Shown here: positions 37,422 to 50,700 of the stretch, piece after piece | Layout of the letters: each line of letters begins with the position of its first letter | How positions within the stretch are numbered: position 1 is the first letter of the stretch | Assembly: GCA_047495785.1 (NCBI GenBank) | Contig: JBLDXI010000013.1 | Coordinates: 3,782,001-3,846,000 of the forward strand | Source: Lepidodermella squamata | Lineage: Eukaryota; Animalia; Gastrotricha | Reading direction: 5' to 3' | DNA: 64,000 nucleotides | Notes under the pieces: model-generated | What the model was told of the DNA's origin: nothing | What the model saw: the letters and a program-made list of their open reading frames with translations, nothing else | Databases searched by the model: none | Made by a program: the position numbers and the translations under genes

Positions 37422-40400
37422 ATGACTGTTAAAAAAGGGAATAAAATGGATTTATCGCTTGATGAAAATCGCGACGAGGCAAATGTTGGATTTTTAACTC
37501 ACCCGGCCTTGGTTGGAAAATCACGGGCTAGTATGCTGGAAGAAGCCGTTACTCATTTTCAAGAGAACTCGGCAAAGTCTGAAGCAGCCGCCCGGTTCGC
37601 TATCATTTTAGCGGATTCTTTGGAAATACCACCAGCAATAGAAGTTGGATTATTCTGGAAATGTGTATCGGCAGCCTTGATAGCGAGTGATACCCTAGAA
37701 AAAGCCGGTGGAGAAATGAGGCAAACTTTGAATTGTCTTCACAACAAATTGACGACAATTTTAGCTCAAGCAGTGTTTATTCGGCCCGAAGAACCCACCT
37801 TAAAACGCTGCATTGAAGAAATCGGACCTCGAGTTGCTAACCTAGTGTCAACTCGACCGTTTTGTCGAGATTTACTCGTAAAAATCGTTAGTTCGATTTG
37901 CGTTGTCGCTAAATTTGAGCGAAAAGGCGCGAGTGAAACGTTTAACAAAAGCGGCGTTAGTTTGGTCAAATCTATCATTGCGCTTGACTTCCCAAAGCCG
38001 CATTATCAGACTTTGGGCAAAATAGTTTCCGACTCTTTATCGCCAGCTTTGGGCGAATTTGCCGAACTATTACCGCTAATTTTGCTGACGTCAATAAGCG
38101 AAATCGCTGTTAATGTGAAAATAACAATGGGAGTTTTCGTTCCTGTGATCGAATATATTTCCAACATTTCGCTTAGTATCGAGAAGCGTGAAGTCGTCGA
38201 CTCATTGTGTTGGAAAATTCTGCGAAAAATCATCACGAAACCGGACGAAATCATGAAAGATGACGAGGCGAAAACTGCCTTTATCCGTGCAATTAGCCTG
38301 TTTTTCGCGAATCAAAGAGCCGCTTCAACCGAGCCTCATCTTCGCGAACTTCTGACTTTCTGCATGAAACACCAAACTGAGCAGGCTATACTTGCCTTAT
38401 TAAGGTCATTTTTGAACTCGGCCAAAGCAGATACGATTTTAAGCCAACTTCTCGAGCTTTTGACCGAAGAAAATAGCAAATGGCTTGTCGATTTGATCGG
38501 CGGTTACCTTCGCGAGCACTTCTCTTTAACTACACCTGGCTTCCAAACCGTTTGGAGGCTCTTATTAGCTAAAAGTGCCATGTCGCCCGAAAATTCGAAT
38601 ATTTTGTGGTGTTTGAACAGCTTCGTTTCTGGATTTCAAGCGATTGGAGGCCAGGAATCAGTTGCACCTGAAGTGAAAACTGATTTTCAGTCGCTGTGCA
38701 CGGAAACAGTGGAATTTTTATTGACCACTGAGTTTTCAGATGAACTGGACATTTCGATTCCAGTTTTGTGTTGCATTTCAAATTCCACGCTATTGCTAGC
38801 CGTTGCTGTCACTGAATTGCCTGATTTGGCTAAGCCGCTGAAGAAGATGAAAAAATTGTTGAAAAAATATTTGAAATCGACTATAACTATTGCGAAAACT
38901 ACCTCAGATAAAGAGCAAGTATTAAAGGCTCTAGTCGCTCTTTGTCAAATCGAACCGGAGGATTCGGAGAATTTCGGAAAATTGGAGTCATTTTTGGTTG
39001 GCAAATCGTCGAAAAAACCGTTTGACATCTCAGCGGCGATGAGGCTGTACCTAAATGGCTATTCATCACCGACGGATAACGATTTACTCGTTAAATTGGT
39101 TGATGTTTGGTTCGAAACTAGCTCGATCAATAACTGTGCTGGTCAACAGTTGATTTCCGCCATTCGTTTGTTGGCAGATAGAGGTTGTTTGGACACCTAT
39201 TTGAAGTCAATCAGCGAAAATTCGAGTAAACACAATTTATTCGTCGGAGTTTTGGGCTCGCCTAAATGTCTGCCGCTCTTGTCTTCAACTCTTCCCGATA
39301 AAATTTGCGATCAATTGCTGGAAATGGCGCTGAAGAATCTTGACAGCACCCCATGTACATCCGAGTCGAAAAATTGCTCGTTGACATTGATTGGCCATCT
39401 TTTGAAGAAAGATTCAGATTTCAAGACGCATTCAATTTTTCAAAAATGTGACGTGGTAAGCTTTTTAAGTTTACTGGAGAAACACGTCGAATGCGATAAG
39501 GAAACCGCTTCTCACCTGGCGAGACTTGCTTGTAACGCGGCTACCGGTGAAGATGCCAGTTTCACAAAATTAGTCGACAAATTTTTGTTGAAAAAGCTCA
39601 ATCAATCGAAATCATCGGCTGTTGTATGCCAGTGTTTGCTTACACTTTGGCGTAAAATGCGAAATTTACGTTATAAAGAGCAATTTCAAACGTTGGTAAA
39701 TTCTCTTGGTGAAGATCAATTTTCGTTGTCGAAAGACAAGATTCTGGACGAAGAAGAGGCTAATGACTGGTTTCATCTTGCCATGTGTATTATCAGCTTG
39801 TTGGACTGGGTAAAATTCGGCCGAGATCGAATTTCTATCGATGACGTTCAAGCGATGTGTAAAATCGCCCCACGATTGAGTGATTTCGAACGAAAATTAT
39901 GGTCTAGCCCATTGATTGATCTGCTATCAAAATGTTTGAAATCAAACTCGAGCTACGAAGAGCTTAAAACTGCAGCCGATGTTTTATTGTCCGATTTGTT
40001 CGGAAAATTCGATTTGACATCACCGGCTTTTGTCACGATTTGGCAAAATGTGTTCAAGTTAGCTGGTGACAAAGCTGGGCAGTTATTCCGCGAAATTCTT
40101 TTCGTGTATTCCCAACAAGTCAACGAGGCTAAATTTGGCCCGTTATGCAACGGCTATCTGAAAATTTTGGTTTCAAACTGTGAGAATCAAGAGCATACCG
40201 AAGAAGACCATGAAAATGCGGTTTGGTCTGAAAATGAACCTGGGGTTACCCTATGCAAGGCTTCTACTATGGTTTGTGCGTTGTATGAGGCCACAATGTC
40301 CCACTCAGCTATCGGCTATCATTGCCTGCAAACAGTTTCGCAGTACGGGTTTTTCAATACTAATACGAAAGGCCTGCTTTCGTTTGATTTGCTCCTCGCA

Positions 40401-41225
40401 ATAACTGTTGCGGCTTCTCGTTGCTCAAGCCAACTCGCTCAATCGCTGGATCACTTTACGGCCTATTGCACCCTTTTATCTTCGTTGTTGCGACTTCGGG
40501 CTGTTCAGCAGGAGAACGATTCGGCTAATCCGATTCGATTGACCAATATTCTCCATATCATTTTGTTTTGTTTATCGACGGCTTTCACTACTTTGTTGGA
40601 GTTTCCGATATCGCCGGCTAATATTGGAAACTATTTTCAGGTAATATTCAGGAAATTCAAGTTTTTGATCAATCCGATTTGTGCACGAATGAATTCGAGA
40701 AAAGATGTAAATTAGAGGAATAGAAGAAAACCAGAATCCTCGAATAATTTCCTCCTCGTTTTTCTATCGCATTTTGAATTTCCATAGTTTACTAAGTTTA
40801 GCTAAGCTCTCTACGAGACGGGGAATATTGCCATAGACCTTGAATTTTGAAGTTTTGGCTCATTTTCTTTTCATTTTCATGAGTTGTACGCACACATAAG
40901 AAACACATTTCTTATTTACTAATAGGAGCTGGGCAAGCTAGTCGCTGTGGCAAGTCATCGCCGTCGAATGTTGAATGACTCAGCTGTTCACGTCGTGGCG
41001 GCTGCTTTCGTAGCCGCTGTTCGATCGCCCCTACCAGCTGGTTTTGCCGGTCTTCCACTCGTCTACCGCAAGCAGTTCGTCGCAGTTGTTGTGCAGTTGT
41101 TCCAGATGTGCTCCGAGCGGGCCCTCAAATCAATGGCGCTATTTTTACCGCCCGAGTGCCTGCCACTGCTCAAGAGTGTCCGATCTGAGGCGTTTGTGCA
41201 AAAGAAAGCGCGTAGAAAAGTCTAA
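37422..41225 (+). CDS. URB2: Large alpha-helical protein, probably URB2/Npa2 (exons 37422..40640, 40926..41225)
   Basis: About 1170 aa helical ORF. The C-terminal exon (..VVVQLFQMCSERALKSM...L......LLKSV......KKARRKV*) resembles the Urb2 C-terminal domain. Highly divergent, so the name is tentative. Confidence 0.5.
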
Positions 41226-41309
41226 ATAATTGAAATATTTGCGAAATAATCAAGCAGGAAAAATCATTAATTTTATTTCATTTTTTTCGATAGAATTATT
41301 TATAAAATT

Positions 41310-42113
41310 ATGTTCAACTCAGTGAAAGGCTTGTTGATCGATGTAACCGGTGTCTTGTACGAAAGTGGGACAACTGTTCCGATTGCCGGGTCGATTGAAG
41401 CTGTTGCAAAGCTAAGGAAAGCTAATTTCCCGTTTCGGTTCGTTAGTAATGAAAGCCAAGCGTCTTCTGAAGCTTTTCTCGCTAAACTCCACCGGCTAGG
41501 CTACACCGATGTTCAACGCCATGAAATATTTCTGCCCGCCCCGGTCGCTGCCCGCTACATTCGAGAGAACAACCTGAAGCCTTATTTTATCATCTACCCC
41601 GGATTAGAGGCCGAATTCAGCGAATTCAAGTTGGAAAAAGACGAGCAGCCCGATTGCGTATTAATGGGCGACGCCGAAAAGCATTTCACCTTCGAAAAAC
41701 TGAACGAAGCCTTCAACATTTTGGTCAAATCTCCGAAATTGCTCACCCTAGGCTATGGCAGGTATTACCGGCACAATGGAAGTCTTTGCCTTGACAATGG
41801 TCCATTTTGCGAGGCCCTGAAATTCGCAGTTGGCCCTGAGAAATTGAAACTGATGATTTTCGGCAAACCCTCGCCTGATTATTTCAACGCGGCTGTTGCT
41901 GATTTGAAACTTACTGCTGGAGAAGTCGCGATGATAGGCGATGATGTGAATTCTGATATTTGCCACGGTGCTGTTAGTTGCGGTTTGAAGGGACTCTTAG
42001 TTCGAACTGGCAAGTATACTCCTGGTGAAGAAATTGGTAAGGTACCACCCCCAACTGCTGTTGTTGATAACTTCCTCGCTGCTGTTAATTTGGTGCTAGA
42101 CGGTAGAGCTTAG
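41310..42113 (+). CDS. LHPP: Phospholysine phosphohistidine inorganic pyrophosphate phosphatase (HAD IIA), intronless
   Basis: GLLIDVTGVLYES....IAGSIEAV.KL, RFVSNESQ.S, GRYY, GKPSPDYF, MIGDD..SD, LVRTGKY. Confidence 0.9.
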   Translation: MFNSVKGLLIDVTGVLYESGTTVPIAGSIEAVAKLRKANFPFRFVSNESQASSEAFLAKLHRLGYTDVQRHEIFLPAPVAARYIRENNLKPYFIIYPGLEAEFSEFKLEKDEQPDCVLMGDAEKHFTFEKLNEAFNILVKSPKLLTLGYGRYYRHNGSLCLDNGPFCEALKFAVGPEKLKLMIFGKPSPDYFNAAVADLKLTAGEVAMIGDDVNSDICHGAVSCGLKGLLVRTGKYTPGEEIGKVPPPTAVVDNFLAAVNLVLDGRA

Positions 42114-42224
42114 AATTTATTTTATGGTTGGAAAATTATTTTTTCTCCTGACGTTTTTCCGCAATAAATTATTTAAACCCGGCCATGCTTCAATTTAATT
42201 TCAAGGTGTCAATTATATTTGTAG

Positions 42225-43365
42225 ATGGTTTTAATAAAGCGATCTGTTGATATTTTCAAACGCTGCTTCTCATTTTCTTCGACTTTTTCATGTCGTAACC
42301 GAAATCGAACTGTATGATTGCTGAATTTTGCTTGAAGTTGAAAAATTAGTCCTTTTCTAGCGTGGATTTGTTGACTACCTGGAGGTAACAGCTCGGGCTG
42401 GTAATGGCGGCGATGGTGCGGTTATGTTCACCTCAGAATGGACCCGCGAATTCTGCGGACCTGACGGCGGAAATGGTGGAAATGGCGCTCATATAATCAT
42501 GCGAGCGAGTGTGAATACCCACTCGTTATCGGGTATACCCAGCGTCATACATGGTCGAAGCGGCGAATCTGGCGCGTCAAAAGGCTGTGCTGGAAAATCA
42601 GCTGAACATGTGTATATTGACGTACCGATTGGGACGGTAATTTCAGCTGTTGAAGGCGATTCTAACAAATTGCTAGCGGATTTATCGCAAGATCAAGACT
42701 TTTTGGTCGTTGCTCGAGGTGGAGCGGGTGGTCGTGGTAATAAGGCGTTTCTGACCAACGAGCAAAGGGCGCCTAAATTTGGCGAAAAAGGCGGCCGGGG
42801 TGAGCAGAGGCGGATAGCGATCGAGATGAAACTAATCGCTGATATCGGTTTAATCGGCATGCCAAATGCGGGTAAAAGTAGCTTGTTGAACGCGTTGAGC
42901 CGAGCTAGGCCTAAAGTTGCGTCCTACCCTTTCACCACCTTAAAGCCTCATATTGGGATCATCGAACTGCCAGACGCAAGGCAAATTTCAATCGCAGATC
43001 TGCCGGGTATAATTGAGGGGGCTCATGAAAATCGCGGGTTGGGTCTTGCTTTTCTTCGCCACATCGAGCGGTGTCGAGCACTGTTATACGTTGTCGATTT
43101 ATCGGCGAAAAATCCAGACCCGATCGAGCAATTGGAGATGTTGCGTTCTGAACTCAGGTGCTACAACCCTGAGCTAGTCGAAAATCGATCGCATGCCGTT
43201 GTTGCGAATAAAATTGATATAATAGACGCGGCTGGAGAGTCGCTAGAAGCGGTAAAACGTTACTGTGCGAAATCTTCCCTTCAAGTTGTTGCAGTTTCAG
43301 CTAAATACGGTGCCAATTTGAAAGAGCTCAATCAAGTAATCTTTCAATTATTTTCAGGAAATTAG
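42225..43365 (+). CDS. MTG2: Mitochondrial ribosome-associated Obg-family GTPase 2 (exons 42225..42311, 42361..43365)
   Basis: Basic N-terminal targeting peptide, FVD......AGNGGDG, GPDGGNGGNG, IADIGLIGMPNAGKSS, YPFTTLKP, DLPG, NKID. Confidence 0.9.
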
Positions 43366-43434
43366 TATTTTTTGTATGAATTAACTCATTTTAATTCAAT
43401 TTAATTATGTTGCTGTTGATTTAGATGTTTTAAA

Positions 43435-46131
43435 ATGAAACGGCGCAGTGACGCAACAGTTCAGGACGCCGAAAACGGTTCGGCGAAGAAGGCGCAGACA
43501 GCAAACGGTAAATCTGACGCCAAGCCGGCGAAGGGATCATGGGTCGAAACGCCGCAATATCTCTTCTATCGAAGCGAGGGCGCTAAAATTCTCCCGAAGG
43601 TACGGTATAATTGGGAATATTTATATTTGGCGTTTTTTCTTCAATTTTTTGTCAACTTTTTGAACCTGTTTCTGTTTTCGTTCAGTTGGCAGCTTTCGAT
43701 ATGGATGGTACGTTGATCGCGACGAAAAGCGGAAAGCGCTTCGCGACTAGCCAGGACGATTGGCGGCTGTGGTCTGCCACTATTCCGGCCAAACTCAAGT
43801 CGCTAATTGCCGAAACGCCGCCTTTTTGCGTTGTTTTGATCACCAATCAGGGCGCCATCGAAAAGGCGCCTGGCGGCGGCAAACCGGCGTTCAAAAAGAA
43901 GATTGAAGCTGTTATTGAAGCGCTGGGAGTTCCGGCTTCGGCTTTTGTGGCGATTGACCCTGATGGGTGTTGCCTTTACCGGAAACCATGTACTGGTAGC
44001 TTGACATTTCTAGCCGATATTGGCCGCAAAGAAAATGGGGTTACTAAAAAAGACGACCCGTTTTGGGACATGAAGAAGAGTTTCTATTGCGGTAAGAGAA
44101 ATCCCGTATTATATTTATTTATTTTATTTTATATATCGAGCATAAGGCCGTAGTTTAGAGCTCTACGAGGTTAAGGTGCGGGTAGAAAACAATTCGTGCC
44201 GATAGACGTAGTCAGTTCAGGCCATATCGTGAAGTCGAAGCAATAGATGGATGGAGTTATTGAATACTGTAAACGACGATTAATTTTCCTGTTTTTGAGA
44301 AAGGGAAAAAATTGCGACGATTATTAGAGTGTGGCCATGTTGTCGTCAAGTTTCAACTGGGCAAGTTTTCTGTACAGCTCTTTCTGTGTTATATTCTTCA
44401 CCACCTTGAACTTTCTACCGCCTTGTTGAATCCGCTTGGCGAATGAATTTATTGAATCGTCGAACCGCATGCTTTTGTCTCTGAACTTTGATATTAGAAG
44501 ACTTTAGCGGCAAAGATACCTATCCAAGTGGCAACTCAGCATATATGTATCGGTATTCCACCCCCGCTAGTTCGATGAGAGTGCGGATTCAAAGTATCAA
44601 TGCGCCGCCGAACGCTCTAGTAATGTTGGCCGTTGATATCGATTGCAAATCCGGTTTCCTAAGATTTACGACTAATAAAGAGAAACATTTAAAACATTTT
44701 CGGGCCGTTCAACCGTCGTTCTCATCGCTGTCCTGCTCGTCGTCGCTGAAATCTTCTACTTCCCATTCTCACCTGTTGTACCGGGAAAAGATTTGGTCAA
44801 CTCTAACGAGATAGTCAAAGAGCCGTTCGCCATTATTCAAAAAGTCCTTGTTGGCGATTGGTAAGGAGATTGCTCAATTCTACGCCGAGCCGTACATAGT
44901 CAGCATGACGAGGTCGGTACATTTGTTGGCCGTTTTCAAGACCTCTGAGCACGTCCTCGTAATGGTTTTGTTCCATCTGTAAAAGTGATCATAGTTTATG
45001 CGTATCATTACATCTAAAAGGCGATCGATGAAAGTGGTGAGAGGCAGCTTAACACCAAGAGTCCCGCGGCATGAAAACCCTCGAGGCATCAGATCTGGAT
45101 AGCCCTTTTCGTAGCCCGGCCCACTTTGTCAACGAGGCCGCCGATTTTAGAAAAATGACGGCTAAAATATGTTATAGTAATATAGTAATAGCTTTCGCGA
45201 GTTGAAATGGGTTCTTAATCGATGGGAATTTTCTCGCCCTCAGAATCATTTTATCAAGTTCAAGTTTTTAATCTACGGTGTTTCAGGTGATGCCGCTGGT
45301 CGTATCGCGGGCTGGAAGGCTGGGATGAAAGCTGATTTTGCGTGTAGCGACCGGCTTTTCGCAGTGAATGCTGGACTGCCTTTCTACACTCCGGAAGAAT
45401 TTTTCCTGGGTCACTCCGCGGTAAGATTAAACTTCATAGCAATTAGCAAAAAATAACTGTTTTTTATCAATCAAAAAGGGAACTTTCAAACTGCCTGATT
45501 TCAGCCCTGCCAAGATTGAAACCTCTGGAACCGCCACAACCTCTAGCATTCTATCGGACAAGAAAGAAATGGTTATTTACGTAGGTAGGTCAAACTCGCT
45601 TGACAGTTTTTGAAAATTCCCTCGGTGGAATCTGAATTTTCAGGACCACCTGCTTGTGGTAAATCGTCGTTTTCGAAGAAATTCGCCGAAAGTGGTCGTT
45701 ATGAAGTCTACAGCCGTGATGATCTCGGAACGTGGCAGAAGGTGGTTGCCGCCGCTCGGAAGGCTCTTGAAGCCGGCAAATCAGTGGTTATCGACAACAC
45801 AAATCCGGATTTAGAATCGCGGTCTCGGTACATTGAAGTCGCGAAGGAGCTTAAAGTTCCTGTCCGCTGTTTTCATTTTGCCATGCCGATCGAGCATGCG
45901 AGGCACAACGAGCGTTTCCGCCGTTTGGCGCCGAAATTGAAGCCGTCGGGTGATAAGAACGAAAAACTGCACCAACACGTGCCTGAGCTGGCCTACAACA
46001 TGTACAAGAGCAAGTTCAAGGAACCAACTTCGGCCGAAGGTTTCAGTGAAATTGTGAAAATCAAGTTCATTGCTGATTTCAAAGATGCGGATATCGAAAA
46101 GCTGTACCGTTCATACCTGCTGGAGAAGTGA
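43435..46131 (+). CDS. PNKP: Bifunctional polynucleotide kinase 3'-phosphatase, 5 exons (1.2 kb intron 44092..45287)
   Basis: [13 protein letters not shown].....[53 protein letters not shown]. Confidence 0.95.
44770..45090 (-). mobile_element. Decayed MULE (Mutator-like) transposase C-terminal fragment in the PNKP intron
   Basis: Frameshifted reading LEGFHA / [14 protein letters not shown]...L..LENG...RPR...Y / LFDYL..V follows the EGWH..P....FI..L..EQ..G...Y..LDYL pattern of MULE transposase tails. Confidence 0.5.
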
Positions 46132-46613
46132 ACTCGTGACAGACAAAAATGACATTCATTTTAGGCCTGCAATTGTGAAAATTGTGATTTTAGCTATATT
46201 CCGAACTTGATTTTGAAGTCTAATCATTGATCGTTTCTGCGAGATTTTTTTTCTAAATTTTCCTCTAGTCGTGATGAATTTTGTTATATCAAATAAAACC
46301 AAGTTGTGAAATGGCTCGTATTTTTTGAGTTTTTAAGGTGACTGAATTATTCCGTTCAAATGATAGCTACGAAATGAAAATTTGTCCACATTGACTCGTC
46401 GCCAAGTGAATAAAATTGGGTGGCTGAAACATGTGTTCAGATGTCGCAACAATGCTGCCTCATCAAGTCGCACGTGCCTTGAGAACGCGCGCGAGTTTCA
46501 ACATTTTTGAAAATTTCCCAAGGACTTCTCGTTTGCGACCTAGCTCAACCAGTTCTTCTAACTCACAAATATCTACCTACAGTCCCTTTTGTTGACGTTT
46601 GCTGCCCCTAAAG

Positions 46614-47466
46614 ATGATAAGATTTTTATTGGCTCTTGGTGCTTTGATACCTGCAACGTATTGCTGTAACATGAACGTTGGTGCCTACAAACTGCATAAT
46701 GGCGCTGGGGAAATGTCCTACATGGACCAAGAAAGGGCCGCACTGTATTCTGAACAAGGTTTTCTTATTTTTCAATTTCTTAGATGGAGTTCTCACTTGA
46801 TTTTTTAGGCGTCTGGGTGTCGTGGAAGGTTCCAGTCCCGAGGCATTGGGATCCTAAAACTGGTCAAATCAGAAATGAGGGCCCAGGCCGCGGATTGGGC
46901 AAAAACTGGTTAGTTGATAGACACTTCAATTTTTGAAACGCAACTTTGCTCCATAGGTACCACTGGAACCAATTAGCTGACGACAATCCTCCGATGGGAC
47001 AGACGAAGACAGAATTATTGAAAGGTATTACATTTATTTTCAATTCTTCCGAAAATTCCAATTGAAAATGAATCAGCCTCAAATCAACGCATTGATGCGC
47101 CTGACCCGTATCGCGAGTACCTGCGAAATCGCCAGAAGCACGTCTACAACCCGGCAACGGATGACGATCTATACTTCTTGTCTGCTGGTCTGTCACCTGA
47201 AAACGGCGGAAATGTTGAAGTTGGAGTAATCAAAGGTGACGAATATTTGATATTTTTTCTTTTAATCTGAGTTCTGTTATTCCGAATTAGGCAATCGTCC
47301 CAAGATGCCTGCAGTCTATCTTGGAGCTCTTCGTCGCCCGGCCTTCAACCCTCAAGAAGAAGTCACGACCCAGGAGATCCCTACCGAGGCCATCGTAACT
47401 GAAGCCTCTCTTTCAGATTCAAACAGTGGCGCAGGGGCTGGAGTCACTTTCCCCTATCAGCAATAG
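46614..47466 (+). CDS. Orphan secreted protein, 215 aa, 5 exons (46614..46758, 46809..46908, 46957..47024, 47077..47235, 47291..47466)
   Basis: Signal peptide MIRFLLALGALIPATYC. Four 48-55 nt GT-AG introns give a continuous 648-nt frame ending in TAG. Confidence 0.72.
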
Positions 47467-47769
47467 GCGAAAAAAATCGGCTTTTTATCACCATAATATT
47501 GAAACTTTGTTGAGTTGTATCAAAATTTGTTAAAACCCATCGCTGCTTTTTATACCCGAATGTCTGCATGATCAGCCCGCCTCACATTTTCTACCTCAAT
47601 TAAGATTGTATAATTTCGATTATATAAAAACTGGAGCCAATAAAACAACTTTGGTCGCAAAAATTCATTTTTTTATTACGAAAAAACTGTGAGTAGCAAA
47701 CATAATCACGTGCTGGTGGAAAAAAGTGAACGAGATCACGATATTTTTGAGCAAGACAGCAAAAAAAAG

Positions 47770-50700
47770 TCAATTAATTTTAGCATAAGAAGCCAGCATG
47801 AGCCAAACAGCCGCGACTTTCTCGGCATATGGGACTATTTTCACTCGTAAAGCCGTTCGGACTGAATGGCCGCTCAATTCGACGACATCTCTCGCAGCTT
47901 GGCATCGAGTCAACGCCGAGGTGAAGGCCCGAGTTGGAGATGCGGCTGACTCGAGGGGCAGCTGCATAGGAACCGCCCTTAGAACCACGTTATTCGGCAC
48001 CAAATTTCGAGTAGCGGCTATGAAATCTTTCGGCATGACGAAATTCGTGCCGAAATTTGCGGAGATTTCATAGGAAGATAATGCCATGCCTAGGCTGTTT
48101 GACAGCCGTGAATCCCACTCAGCTCTAGGTAGGCCTAAATTACTCCGATGTTCATAGAAAAGCCGAGCAAATTCCTCCTCAAGCCAATCAGCCATTCCAG
48201 CGTGATTAGCTCCGAACTTTCGGTTCGACCAGGGCTGAAGCCGGGCTGGTTGGAAATTCGGCTCGATTTGCACGCAAGTCGAAACATCCAACGCCCGCCA
48301 TTTTTCGTTATCATCAAAATCAAAGGACACATCTATCAATTTGTTTTCAGGCTGGACGTTGGCCAGAAATAGGTCGTGGCGAAAAACTGTGTCCAAAGTG
48401 CGGAAAGGACATTGTTGGATTATCGATAGCGATTTCGGCCGGATTAAGTAGGACGAGCCGGTGAGGGGGTCCCAAAACATGACCCGCTCGGCGGCGCCGT
48501 CCGGCCCTATTGTTGTTGTCATCACCCATATGCGGACGGTTTCCTCCTCCTCGTAGGCGTCGGTTGACACAGCGCGGCCTAAACAAACGAATGCGTTGAG
48601 GCCGAGTCCCAAGAAAAAGCTGCACAACAAAACTGCGCGGCCGCCGCTTGTCTAAAAATGATAATAGAATAGGTAATTAGCTGTCTTCTTTATCACGTGA
48701 AGATGTAAACATAAGGCATGCAAAATAAGCCTGTCTTGTTCTCACTTGAGGCTAAAAGTAGGACGTATCCGGTTTAAAAATGCAGTGTCTTGTCTCGTTC
48801 ATGGGTTAAAAATTGTAATATGTTCATCAAACTACCATGTCTACCAAAAACTGAAAATCTATTCGAAATTTAATTTCCTGAAATTTCTAGAACTGGCACA
48901 AATGAAAAGTTTGCTGCTGCAGCTTGATTTCTTTCGAATATTCGTAAATTTCCCAAAGTCACATTCGAAATTAACATGGTAGAGGACCCGTATTTCGATC
49001 TAACCAGCATAACTGTAGCCCTACCCTCTACATCTTAAAACAGCGGAAGTAATTCCTAATTGTCAGAGAAAAAGAGGCCATCCACTTTCCGCTCAGTCAA
49101 CTGCTCTGTACTATTTTTCTTGTTTTTCTCCGACCACTCATTAGAGGCGAAGTTTTTTGGTGAATTTCTAACAGAGTGGCGACCCCAGGAAAGAAAAGCT
49201 GATGGATCATTCGTGATCGAGGGGCGAGGGGCAAGTTTGATACAAGGCCGAGTCTGCATCTTGAAATACTTATGGGAGCGTCTATAAAGCAGGGCAAATT
49301 TTCCGAAAGGCCAGTTTTTGCTAAAAAGCCGGAAATTATACAAAACAAATGCTTCCGGGCGAAATGATATCCTAAGCGATGTTACAAGTTATTTTCATGC
49401 TAATAGCTGAGTAATTGAGGCTTGCTTTGCGCAGTTGGAACGATTGCTCTTCTCATTCTTCTTTTCGCCACTATTGCACGCGATTTCCAGATTTATACAG
49501 CTAAAAGCCATACAAAAACATATGTTCAGCAGCCGGATGGCTACTATGCGGCAGAAGTGGGCGACGAGTCCACTGGAAAAATTGGGTTAATTGCATTCAG
49601 GGCACCTACTAACCACTACTACTTTGGATTGCTGGACGGGAAGGTGGATAGTGCCAAACTTTGCACGAGGCTAGTTGATCGACACAGGCAGTATTGGCCC
49701 GCTAAGAATTGACTTGACCGTTTTTATTCTTGATTGTTGATTCTTCGAAGCCCAGTCACCATTTCTGGTGGAATTCTCGGGATTTAGCTTTGAGCAATGG
49801 AAGGTTAACAAGTTACTGTTTAGAGGTTGGTGCCCTCGAACTGGTGTTTACTTAGCCATTTGATGACTCAATGCCCTTGGAATGATAGAAAATGCCCGCA
49901 GAACTCGACCGCCTGTTGTTCAGCAGAGCGGCAGAAAAATCTGGAAAAGCCACTCTGAAATCGATTTTAGATGTTTATGAGAATGCAACTTGCAATTAAT
50001 TTCAAAAAGGAATTATAATTTACTTGAAAGTGAAGGAAGATTACAACGAATATTAACTATAAGTATCTACTACGATTTATTGGTCGTATTAATTTTTTTG
50101 CTCTTTTTGTTTCCTTCTATGTTGATTACAATTATTATTGATTCGCTGGTTGTCGCTGTCAATAAATCGAATCGCATCTCAGAATAAATATGTTCTTCGA
50201 AGTACAATAAATCCCAGTACTCCACTATCAAAGATAGCTGTGGAATCCTGATCAATCTTCAAATCGAGACATCTCGTAATGTAGAGAAAATTTTCCTTTT
50301 TCACTTGGTGAATTTCTACTCATTTTAGAAACTCCGTAAAATTGGTTCTGATCACTCACCGTAGTTGAAGAGATTAGTGACGCTTCAACAGAGAACCACA
50401 CATCATCGAGCTCGTGGCTGCTGCCGGTGCCGGCCTGCAGTTCCCGCGGCGCCGCGCTCAGCAGGCTCACAAATCGCGCGCACTGCTGCGGCGTTTCAAT
50501 GAGCCGGCCAGGGGCGAAGTGCGGCTGGACGAACGATGCCGGGAAGCGCACAGCCCCGCGCTCGTCGTGCACAAACAGCTTAACAGCGCGTCGCGCCAGC
50601 GCCACCGCGTTCAATTCGATAAAATCCTTGTGCCACAGGCGCGCGTAGTTGATGAACGCGCGGTCCGCCTCGGTGCGTTTCGACGTTTCGATCGTCAAGT

